Positions 9,204-19,009 of a DNA stretch of 27,673 nucleotides are shown one piece after another. Made by a program: the position numbers and the translations under genes. The stretch lies in contig CAXBME010000021.1 in assembly GCA_963976765.1 (NCBI GenBank), forward strand, positions 124,001-151,673, written 5' to 3'. The notes beneath the pieces are model-generated. The model made no database searches. It was given only the letters and a program-made list of their open reading frames with translations, and was not told the origin of the DNA. The stretch's first letter is position 1, and every line of letters starts with the position of its first letter. The stretch is from an uncultured Planctomycetaceae bacterium. GTDB taxonomy: Bacteria > Planctomycetota > Planctomycetia > Planctomycetales > Planctomycetaceae.

Positions 9204-10120
9204 CGCGTCCGGCCCACGAGAACAGCGCGGCATCCGTTCGGCAGCGGCTACTGAACCATGCTCGCCAGACCGGTCAGGACTTCCAGAACGTTCTGTTGCG
9301 GTACGGTCTGGAACGCCTGCTGTATCGTGTCAGCCAGTCTCCGATTCGTGACTCGCTGATTCTGAAGGGGGCGATGCTGTTTCAGGTGTGGAGCGGGCAG
9401 ATTCATCGACCAACGCGCGACCTTGATCTGCTCGGATTCGGTGAACCTTCGCAGGAACGATTCACGAACGAATTCCGGAAACTCTGCAAACTGAAAGTCG
9501 AACCGGACGGGCTGGTGTTCGATGCCGCTTCGGTTCGCACGGAAGAGATTCGGGAGGATGCCGAGTACCGGGGCATTCGCATTCGACTAAGAGCGAAACT
9601 CGAAAAGGCACGCATCGACCTGCAAGTGGATATCGGCTTTGGAGACTCCATCACACCGGATCCCGTCGACACGAACTATCCGACGCTGCTGGACCTTCCG
9701 GCTCCCGTGGTGCGTGCCTACCCGCAGGAAACGGTCATCGCCGAAAAGTTGCAGGCAATGGTCATGCTCGGTATCGCGAACAGTCGCCTGAAGGATTTCT
9801 TTGACGTGTGGACGCTGTCCCGGCTGTTCGACTTTCGCGGCGAACTACTCGCCAGAGCCATCGCCGCTACGTTCGAACGCCGCCAGACCGCGATTCCAGA
9901 CGCTGCTCCGCTGGCTCTGACGGATGAGTTCGCGACCGATCCGACCAAACGCGCGCAGTGGACTGCCTTTGTGAACCGTGGTCGCTTCGCTGACTGTCCG
10001 ACCGACCTGCAAAAACTCATCGAACCGTTGCGTGAATTTCTACTGCCGCCCCTGACCGCTTTGAATTCCGGGCGCCCGTTCGACCAGCACTGGCCCGCCG
10101 GAGGCCCGTGGCAGGACTGA
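9200..10120 (+). CDS. abiEii: Nucleotidyltransferase toxin, AbiEii/AbiGii family
   Basis: ERLLYR, LILKGAML, HRPTRDLDL, QVDIGFGD, ETVIAEKLQA and NSRLKDFFDV motifs, all intact. Confidence 0.95.
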   Translation: MTRPAHENSAASVRQRLLNHARQTGQDFQNVLLRYGLERLLYRVSQSPIRDSLILKGAMLFQVWSGQIHRPTRDLDLLGFGEPSQERFTNEFRKLCKLKVEPDGLVFDAASVRTEEIREDAEYRGIRIRLRAKLEKARIDLQVDIGFGDSITPDPVDTNYPTLLDLPAPVVRAYPQETVIAEKLQAMVMLGIANSRLKDFFDVWTLSRLFDFRGELLARAIAATFERRQTAIPDAAPLALTDEFATDPTKRAQWTAFVNRGRFADCPTDLQKLIEPLREFLLPPLTALNSGRPFDQHWPAGGPWQD

Positions 10121-10209
10121 TCGACAACGCTCGACCCCCGTTACTCGCTGACGACTCGATCGGAGTGGCGAGGTAGCCGCGCTGTGGACTCCCGATCGGC
10201 GCGAAAGAA

Positions 10210-10536
10210 AGTGTGTCTCAGGCCCCGTCTGTTCCATTCAGGAGGAGGCGGGAAAACGCATTCGGAAGGACCCGCGAGCGTCTGGCGACTACCGCCGGCC
10301 TACTCGACTGAGCTGTCAGCCTGGTCGTCTGCGGTGACGGCCCGGAATAAAAACAAAGTGTGTCATTGGCCGTGACAGTTCCGAATAGGGGCACGGCTCG
10401 AAAGCCGAAAAAGGACCCGTTCCGACCGCAGGCACATAGCCACCGGTCCGAAACAGCCCTGTTTCCCAGTCGAACAGGTACTTTCTGGCCGTCGAACGGA
10501 TGACGGATACAGGGAACAATCGAGCTGAGACACACT
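10210..10536. repeat. 12 bp perfect inverted repeat pair AGTGTGTCTCAG (10210-10221) / CTGAGACACACT (10525-10536), with a third partial copy at 10355-10364
   Basis: Read directly. The match extends through GAAAGAAAG / CTTTCTTTC if a 2 nt gap is allowed. Confidence 0.7.
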
Positions 10537-11024
10537 CTTTCTTTCCTGAAAAACTTTGTAAGTCGACAGGCCAGGGGGCCTGAAATCCTCCGAGCCAGTC
10601 GACCCGCAGACCACCTTTATCGTCGCGCGTTCTCCCCCGAAAGTTTTGCCAGGGGGGGGGAGGCGAGTTTCGAAAAGGAGGGAGGCAGCTTCCCTTTGCG
10701 TCGCGGCGGTGGATCGCTTGAACCTACCGTTTTCGTTTGTCGCGTCGCTTTTTGCGTGGGGGGAGGGAGGGAGGCAGATTTCAGTTTTTCGAGGGTGCGA
10801 GAACTGCGCAATCCCCTGACGGCGCACTGTGGGGCGTATCCGGGGGAGGACCCCGGCGTTTTCAGACCGAGTCTTGCGAATTGAGCCTGTGAAAATACGA
10901 TTCGCATCCGGGTTGCTGGAAGCGGCTGATCACCGCTCTAGCCGAAGTGGACCGGATGAGCTGGCGCGAGTTTCTGTCTTTCACGCGCTGGCATCCGGTC
11001 CGGCCCGCAACGAAAGACAGGCAC

Positions 11025-13301
11025 ATGCAGGACACGGATGAACTCGCTGCGCTTCCGAGGCAACTTGCAGACGCGATTCGAGAACATCGCGATATTCTCG
11101 CCGCGTGGCATGGCGAAATCGACGACGAGCTTGAAGCTCGCCATCACGCAAGTTACGCAAAACGAGATCAACTTTGCCGGGAACTTCTGATTCCGCGAGC
11201 ATTGGAAAATGCAACACAGTTCAGCGGACGCCTGTTGCAAGCCGTGAAACGACTATCCAATGCCGTTGCTGAGTGCGATTTGCTCGGAATGACTTCACGA
11301 CTCAAGAGAACACTGGGCGAGATCGCAATTGAGTGTCGTGAAATGACATCCTTACTTTGGGGGCCGTTTCAAGACTGCTTGCCATATCAAGAACTGGACT
11401 CATGTGCGAGAGAGTTTTTGATCATTCGAGCGGAAGATCAGCTTCCGATTGCTGATTATCTTAACCGTCTGAATCTTGACATCATGCGAGCCGTACGCGG
11501 TGACGGAGAACCGATGCTCTCCGAGATTCGAAGTCTTGCGAGCCGGTTAGTCAACGAAGTGGAAGTGATTACCGCAAAGCCTCTTGAATCCGTTGCTGAT
11601 TCGGAAGGCGAGTCAACGACAGACGCGACGGATTCGGTTTGCATAAACGACTCATCCTCAACTGACTCTGAGTGCGAGATTACGGCTGAAGAGGCCGCTG
11701 CCGCTGTGGACCGCTGCAACGTACTCAGAGTCCCGATTGCCGACGATGAAACTACCTCAAAGATTATCCATGCAGGCTGCTCACAACTGATTGATGCCGC
11801 TGTCCAATTGCAGCAAGCAATCGAAGAGTATGAGGATGCAAAAGGAGCGGTTGCCGGTTTCGATGACCTCAACACGGATCCCGATGCGTGGGAGTCCCGC
11901 GAAGAGTTTGCGAGTGAGTGGCTTGCGCCGCTGAACGCTCCGATGACACTGCTTTGGGATTTGATGCGTCAAATTCCCAGACCGCAATCGACTTCATCCG
12001 GACCATTTCCACCCATCATTACAGAGTCACACAACACACGTACAGAATTTCGAGCTGCGTACTTGCTCAGAACCATCATCGCCAACCTAGGTAAGCTGTT
12101 CACAAATCGAGGATTTCAGCCAGTTGCCGTGGGCACGTTCTCACACGACCTACCAATCGTTCTTGGTTGGGACTCAATGGATTTCGACAAGCAACTTCCA
12201 GAGTTGAAGCAGTTTGTCGCACCACTGTCACGTGCGGTTCAAATGCTGACGGAATTCAAGGATAGAGGTGAAGAACTGTTTCTCAGCGGTTGTTCGCAAG
12301 TAGAAGAGTCAGCACAAGCTTCAGAAGCAGCGGGACCGGAGAGCCATGCGGCGAAGGTGGACACCGAATATCTTGGCAAACTCTACGCCGATGTCGTTCG
12401 ATCGGGCAGGAAGATCAGTTCACAAGCTAAGAAGTCGCGGTGGATTCCAGTACCGGATCATCTAATACGGCGACATGATTCTCGGGTTGTGAGTGTTCGT
12501 CTGAAGGTGGAATCCCTTTTGCTGTCCGGAAAGTGGAAGTCGCCATCCACGAGAGACTTAACGCAATCAATCGACGGACAGAACGAACTGGTCGCTCGCG
12601 CAATTATCGAACGAGGTGCGACCAATCCAGAATTCCGCAAGTTCCAGGACGAAGCGGATCGACTCCGTGAAGATTCCGAACAACTAAAAGATGTGCCGTC
12701 CGACGAAGAACAGATTCTGGCTCAAAACGGATTCGACTTGAGCGGTGACGAAAGCAAATGGCTTCCACTCATCGCCAGAATCATCGAACGCGACCTTGAT
12801 AAGATCGGTCCCGTCGAACTGATGCAGGAGGGGGTTGCCTTGGTCGAACGGGAACGCATTCGAGCGTCGTTTTCAGGCAACTCAGGCCGACAGTCACCGA
12901 ATCAGATTCCGCTTCCGCCGGATGTTGACGACGTGGCAATTCCAGAAGGCCCCCGTAACGAGTCGCCCGCTTCTGACGCCGATGACAAATTCGACCACGA
13001 TCAGGCAGGGTTGCGCCAACTGCAAATCGCCCTGGAAGACCAGCTCGCTGCTAAACGCAAAGCGGCAGTCGCTCTTCGTCTGATTGAACTCCACAAGCTC
13101 ATGCCACTGGCTAAGAAATCGCCGAAATGGGTGAGCGACGCGATTGAATGGATTGCTGAAAACGGTCGAAAGCCAAAGTGGGCAGAACTCGCACGAGTGT
13201 TGCCTGTAGGAGCTCGGACAATTCAGGACAGCAAGCACTTTGGCTCGCACCCCAAATTTCACGAAGCGATCGACGCCGTTCAACGAATCACCTCCGATTG
13301 A
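11025..13301 (+). CDS. Large hypothetical protein (~758 aa; ORF open from 10947) with probable C-terminal HTH
   Basis: Long acidic, helical ORF. C-terminus WVSDAIEWIAENGRKPKWAELARVLPVGARTIQD resembles an HTH. No enzyme motif recognised. Confidence 0.75.
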   Translation: MQDTDELAALPRQLADAIREHRDILAAWHGEIDDELEARHHASYAKRDQLCRELLIPRALENATQFSGRLLQAVKRLSNAVAECDLLGMTSRLKRTLGEIAIECREMTSLLWGPFQDCLPYQELDSCAREFLIIRAEDQLPIADYLNRLNLDIMRAVRGDGEPMLSEIRSLASRLVNEVEVITAKPLESVADSEGESTTDATDSVCINDSSSTDSECEITAEEAAAAVDRCNVLRVPIADDETTSKIIHAGCSQLIDAAVQLQQAIEEYEDAKGAVAGFDDLNTDPDAWESREEFASEWLAPLNAPMTLLWDLMRQIPRPQSTSSGPFPPIITESHNTRTEFRAAYLLRTIIANLGKLFTNRGFQPVAVGTFSHDLPIVLGWDSMDFDKQLPELKQFVAPLSRAVQMLTEFKDRGEELFLSGCSQVEESAQASEAAGPESHAAKVDTEYLGKLYADVVRSGRKISSQAKKSRWIPVPDHLIRRHDSRVVSVRLKVESLLLSGKWKSPSTRDLTQSIDGQNELVARAIIERGATNPEFRKFQDEADRLREDSEQLKDVPSDEEQILAQNGFDLSGDESKWLPLIARIIERDLDKIGPVELMQEGVALVERERIRASFSGNSGRQSPNQIPLPPDVDDVAIPEGPRNESPASDADDKFDHDQAGLRQLQIALEDQLAAKRKAAVALRLIELHKLMPLAKKSPKWVSDAIEWIAENGRKPKWAELARVLPVGARTIQDSKHFGSHPKFHEAIDAVQRITSD

Positions 13302-13437
13302 GCCTCCATTCCTACCGGACGCCTCCGGATAGCCTCCGGTTTCAGAAAATCTCAAAATTGGCGCAGACAGTTTTCTTAGGAAAACACGCTGAGAGCTGCC
13401 AAAGCGAAGCGATTTTCGCCTCCGATTGGCCTCCGAT
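13291..13437 (+). repeat. Helically phased (G)CCTCCG direct repeats
   Basis: Copies at 13291, 13302, 13311 (degenerate), 13321, 13332, then 13418 and 13429; spacing is 9-11 bp within each cluster. Confidence 0.75.
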
Positions 13438-13483
13438 AGTCGCAAGGGGTAACCCGTTTGCGAATTTGTTGGAGGACTTAACG

Positions 13484-13672
13484 ATGGACGCGAAAAAGAA
13501 GTGCCTGGCTGACCGGCAAGTCACATGGTTTGCCCGGTACGTGGCAGCACTTGCTTCTGGAAATCAGTCGGACGCGAACGACTGCCAACGACAACTCGCC
13601 ACGTTGGGGATCTGGGTTGAGGCATCGAGCCGCGTCTTTGCAGACGCTCCGGCTCCTTTGACCACCGTATGA
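13484..13672 (+). CDS. Small phage-type hypothetical protein (62 aa)
   Basis: Strong GGAGGA RBS 7 nt before ATG 13484. Helical-hairpin-like WFARYVAALASGNQSDANDCQRQLATLGIWV. Confidence 0.7.
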   Translation: MDAKKKCLADRQVTWFARYVAALASGNQSDANDCQRQLATLGIWVEASSRVFADAPAPLTTV

Positions 13673-13768
13673 AAACGGCCAGCCGTTTTGGGCTGGCCAT
13701 TCTCGGAACTCACGCTGTCGGCGATTTCTTTGCGGGGATCACACCGGACGGCATGGAGGCTTTTCAGC

Positions 13769-14827
13769 ATGGCTCAGGATAGCGGAGCAGACTCACGGAA
13801 TGGAGCCCGAAAGAAACCAAAACGCGGAACTGGTTATCCCAGGCGGACCCCGTTCTTTTTCCATCGGTTCACTCGCTGGTTGATCAAAACTTGTGCGGCG
13901 ATGGTCATTGGTGCGGACGGTTGCTTTCTCTGCACTGTCGTTGCCGCGACGGAAGACAGCGCTCGGTATCGGTACGCCGTTCGGTTCTTCAATTCACAAC
14001 TCGCGCAGTTCTGCGGCTGGTCGGTCGACAAACTGGACCGCGTCCGTAGTCGCTGCATTGACGAAGGGTTTCTGCACTACGAACCGGGCGGGAATCGGAC
14101 TCCCGGTTTGTATTGGGTACTGGTCGACGAAACGCTCGGAGACGCGCCGGAACTCGGACCGATTGGAGAACTCGATTCGGACTTCAAACCGCAAGTTGCG
14201 GAACATCCTGCGGACGATTCCGCGACTGAACCGCCCGGTTCCTGCGGAGAGACTCCGGAGGAAAGTGCCGAACTGACAAGCCTGTTCCTATCCAATACCT
14301 CGCCTCCCCCACCTCCCGTTGCCAAGAACGTGGAACCGTCGAAGCTTGAATCTGTCGGCCAGGCTGACCAGTGGGATGAGGTGGAGGAAGGTTTGATTTC
14401 GGCAGGAGTCTGCCACCGGCGCGGGTTGCTCGGCAATTTTCGGCAGACGGGTTGCTCAGCAGTGCACGCGCTCGAGCTGATTGCGTTCTGGAAGCTGAAT
14501 CAGGATCGGTTTGATTCTCCGGTCGGAGCACTTCATCACCGGTTCGAAAATGCTCACCCGTCGATTCCCGCTGCCGAACGCTGGCCGGGACTTCAGGCAA
14601 CGCCGAAACCAAAGCCCGCGCCGGAAGTCAAAATCGGTCGGTATACCGCCGACTGGTCGCTGCTACGGCCATCGCGTCGAGCCGAGCTGGCTCGGCAGGC
14701 TCAGATTGATCTGAGCGGCCACGAAGGGAAAGGACTTCGGGAACTGCCGCCAGCGTTGCAGAAACTGATCATCGAGATACTCGCTCGGGGAACGGAACGA
14801 ACGCCGAATTCGGAGTCACGAGACTGA
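13769..14827 (+). CDS. Putative replication initiator (N-terminal winged HTH, phage replisome-organiser-like)
   Basis: GGAGG RBS before ATG 13769. wHTH-like FFNSQLAQFCGWSVDKLDRVRSRCIDEGFLHYEPGGNRTPGLYWV, followed by a low-complexity linker whose DNA contains short repeats, as in lambda O-type initiators. Confidence 0.6.
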   Translation: MAQDSGADSRNGARKKPKRGTGYPRRTPFFFHRFTRWLIKTCAAMVIGADGCFLCTVVAATEDSARYRYAVRFFNSQLAQFCGWSVDKLDRVRSRCIDEGFLHYEPGGNRTPGLYWVLVDETLGDAPELGPIGELDSDFKPQVAEHPADDSATEPPGSCGETPEESAELTSLFLSNTSPPPPPVAKNVEPSKLESVGQADQWDEVEEGLISAGVCHRRGLLGNFRQTGCSAVHALELIAFWKLNQDRFDSPVGALHHRFENAHPSIPAAERWPGLQATPKPKPAPEVKIGRYTADWSLLRPSRRAELARQAQIDLSGHEGKGLRELPPALQKLIIEILARGTERTPNSESRD

Positions 14828-14924
14828 ATCAACGACGACGATTTGAAGCCCGTCGACGGTCGACGGGCAGAGCTGCTGAGGAACTGCGAGGCTGGCCGGT
14901 CCAGCCAGAAAGTGAGTTCAACGG

Positions 14925-15272
14925 ATGAACGAACGAAGTTTGTTTGACGACGGACAGAGCGATCGGGACAGGCCGCCTGACAAGCCGGTCGGTCTGCCGC
15001 ACAACCGAACGGAAACCAGTCGTCGTGCTGCGGAAAGCATGGTTCCGGCGGCGATGGCTCAGGCCGCTCGGGTGTTTCACTTCATTGCGGAATGTGGCGA
15101 GGAAGGCGCCACCGATCACGAAGTCCAGGCCGAACTCGGAATGACCGGCGACAGCGAACGGCCACGTCGTTGGTCGCTGCAACGTTCGGGGCTGATTTGC
15201 GACTCCGGACAACGCCGCAAGTCCCCAAAAGGAAGGAAAGCCATTGTCTGGATCGCTACCGAAAAGAAGTGA
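14925..15272 (+). CDS. Phage-type winged-helix DNA-binding protein
   Basis: TSRRAAES...RVFHFI...GATDHEVQAELGM...RPRRWSLQRSGLICDSGQRRKSPKGRKAIVW has a wHTH layout common in phage early regions. Confidence 0.75.
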   Translation: MNERSLFDDGQSDRDRPPDKPVGLPHNRTETSRRAAESMVPAAMAQAARVFHFIAECGEEGATDHEVQAELGMTGDSERPRRWSLQRSGLICDSGQRRKSPKGRKAIVWIATEKK

Positions 15273-15357
15273 CCGGCGACAGGGCGGCAACCCTGCCGAC
15301 GGTCTGTTTGATCCGAGTCCGAAAACGGACTCACATCTTTTTACTGAGGACGATCGT

Positions 15358-15576
15358 ATGAGAAACCAAGAGCCGTTGAAACGCTGCCCGAACCGCCATC
15401 GAATCGGCAGGCATAAAGATTCGACTGGCCATGTCATCCGCCGAGCCAAAGTGGTGATGCCAAAGGTTCTGCCGCTGGAGCAACGAAACGACGCTCTGGC
15501 TCGGGGCGTGCTCCGACTCAGGCGGCTTCGACGCGGTGGCCAGTCCGGTTCTGCCGGCGCTGCTGTTGCGGCTTGA
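15358..15576 (+). CDS. Small basic hypothetical protein (72 aa)
   Basis: GAGGA RBS 7 nt before ATG 15358; co-oriented with neighbours; helical EQRNDALARGVLRLRR segment. Confidence 0.45.
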   Translation: MRNQEPLKRCPNRHRIGRHKDSTGHVIRRAKVVMPKVLPLEQRNDALARGVLRLRRLRRGGQSGSAGAAVAA

Positions 15577-15721
15577 CGGGCTGAGGCTCTGAATCCTGTT
15601 TTTCTCTGAAGATGTCCCGCCCGGAGTTTCGCTCCGGCGCGGGGCATCGTTTCGCCGACGACGTGAATCCCCAATCAAAACTCACGGAGCGGTCTGCCGT
15701 TCCAAATCGAAAGACAACGCC

Positions 15722-15925
15722 ATGATCACGACAAATGAATCGCAAACGACACTGACGCCGCTGCTGACGGTTCGTGAAACCGCCGATGTGCTGCGAGTTT
15801 CAGAACGGACACTGTGGAGTCTGACCAACTCGGGAGAGCTGCCAGCCGTGCGAGTTGGTCGCTCAGTGCGCTACGACCAGAACGACCTCGCCGCGTGGAT
15901 TGCGTCCAGGAAAGCGCTTTCCTGA
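15722..15925 (+). CDS. xis: Excisionase-like HTH_17 DNA-binding protein
   Basis: LLTVRETADVLRVSERTLWSLTNSGELPAVRVGRSVRYDQNDLAAWI; lies directly upstream of the integrase. Confidence 0.9.
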   Translation: MITTNESQTTLTPLLTVRETADVLRVSERTLWSLTNSGELPAVRVGRSVRYDQNDLAAWIASRKALS

Positions 15926-16185
15926 ATCAGTCCGAAGTATTGCGAAACGCTGCGACCGATTGCCGTAAAAGAAACTGCCGTTCTGAGGCTTCAGACGGCT
16001 GGCCGCGAGTATCAACGGTCGCCTGAAGCCTGCCAGCGGTGGGCAACAATGCGTCACGCTGCGACGGCCTGCAAGAAGCGTGGGTTGTCGGCGTCGAACG
16101 ATGCAGGCTATGAAATGACGCGAGCCGCCGGCTGTGTGGACTGACCGACGGCTCGCAAAGGTAACACGAACCGGAAGGTAACACC

Positions 16186-17510
<1,325 letters not shown>

Positions 17511-17833
17511 CCATTTTTGACTGGCAACTGCTGTTGAGCAGCCAGAACCCGCTGAGTCTGGAACCGAAGTTCCATTTGCGAGGCTCGCCAAGACGGCCCC
17601 GCTGGCTGACTCTCATGTCGCAATCTTCAAGCTGTCAAACGACTTGCGCCAATCGACCAAACTTGAAGACGCGAAACTCTAGTCGATGGTCAGCAGCCAT
17701 GCAACACTCGATCAGGCAACTTTCATGACGACACCACAGTCTTCGCGCTGGTTCTCCGAGCGTTGTCGGCGATGCCGGTTTTTCCACCGCTTCGGCGAGG
17801 CAAATCGAGGAGCCAGACGGCTTGCCAGGCGAG

Positions 17834-18643
17834 TCAGTTTTCAGGCGTCTGAAGGATTTCCAGAGCGGCGGCACGAAGGTGATTGTTGACAGAAATTCCG
17901 TTGTTCGAGTGGATCGTCACGTCGCCATTGAAGTCGACAAAGTGCCCGCCGGCTTCCTGCATGATGGGCACCAGAGCCGCACAGTCCCACGGGTTGAGCA
18001 GCGGATCCACCATCAGATCAGCTCGACCGGTCGCGACGAGGATATGCCCATAGCAGTCACCCCATCCTCGACTGATTGCTGCCGAATCACAAAACCTGTC
18101 AAAGGCGGCCTGCCGGCCAACCCGTCGCCAGCCCTGAATCGTGGTCGTACAGAAAACGGCTTCGTCCAGTTTTTTCACGTCGGACGCGCGAGCTGGTCGA
18201 CGATGACTCTGCCCGGTCTGCCACCACGCTCCCATCCCTATCGCGGCGAAGACCACTTCATCAAGAGCCGGGAAACGGCACAGCCCAAGTACCTGTTTGT
18301 GGTCATACTCCAAACCAATCAACGTACCGAATAGCGGGACGCCGTGGATGAACGACTTCGTTCCGTCGACCGGATCCAGAATCCATCTCCAGCCGCTGCT
18401 GCCTGGCTTTTCTTCGAACTCTTCGCCGAGGATTCCGTCGGTCGGATACTGAATCGAGATGAGTCGGCGCAGGAGCTCCTCAGCTCCCCGGTCGGCAGCA
18501 GTGACCGGTGACGCATCACGTTTTCGCTCGACGGCCAGGTCTGGAGACCGAAAGTGGCACATGATGAATTCTGCTGCCTGCTGTGAAGCATCGACAGTGA
18601 AATCGAGACGCGACGGAAGTTCTGTTTCAAATTTGGCAGGCAT
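17834..18643 (-). CDS. hisN: Histidinol-phosphatase, inositol monophosphatase family
   Basis: SPVTAADRGAEE, GILGEE, WILDPVDGTKSFIHGVPLFGTLIGL, RGWGDCYGHILVATGRAD and PWDCAALVPIMQEAGG motifs. Confidence 0.88.
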   Translation of the reverse strand: MPAKFETELPSRLDFTVDASQQAAEFIMCHFRSPDLAVERKRDASPVTAADRGAEELLRRLISIQYPTDGILGEEFEEKPGSSGWRWILDPVDGTKSFIHGVPLFGTLIGLEYDHKQVLGLCRFPALDEVVFAAIGMGAWWQTGQSHRRPARASDVKKLDEAVFCTTTIQGWRRVGRQAAFDRFCDSAAISRGWGDCYGHILVATGRADLMVDPLLNPWDCAALVPIMQEAGGHFVDFNGDVTIHSNNGISVNNHLRAAALEILQTPEN

Positions 18644-18953
18644 GAGCGGAACGAGACGATCGGTTGCAGGGTTGTTCGGTCTGAGGATCGTCGAAGAGGC
18701 GCATCAAGCACTCGCTTCTTCGAGACTAACAGGCGAAGATCATTGCAGGGAGTTGACAGATGAGCAATCAACGACGCAATCTGATTATCTGCGGCTCAAC
18801 GGGCTGATTGACGATAAGGACCGCCGCTCTCGTGGAAACCGATTCCACGCCAGCTGCCGTGGAGGTGCGGAATCGGACGACGCAACGAGAGCGGCGGCTT
18901 TACGATCGACCCATGAGAGCCGGCTTTCGCGTCAGCCTCCCTTGCTAAACGAA

Positions 18954-18990
18954 ACAGCTCGCTCATTCATCACCTGAATGAGCGAGCTGT
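18954..18990 (-). terminator. Strong hairpin, likely terminator of the 19010-19948 gene
   Basis: Perfect 16 bp stem ACAGCTCGCTCATTCA / TGAATGAGCGAGCTGT with a 5 nt loop, followed by TTCGTTT on the minus strand, ~20 nt after the stop. Confidence 0.8.
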
Positions 18991-19009
18991 GCGAAATTAA
19001 TAGTTGCGA

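Noticed and set aside
10184..10907. HNH endonuclease or small terminase ORFs near the cos-like region
   Set aside because: None of the short ORFs shows HNH/zinc motifs or terS-like character.
13291..13437. CRISPR array
   Set aside because: Repeats are 7-9 bp with no spacers of CRISPR length, and no cas genes are present.
14829..15674. 281 aa minus-strand ORF
   Set aside because: Antisense to recognisable + strand genes, with Arg/Pro/Ser-rich shadow composition.
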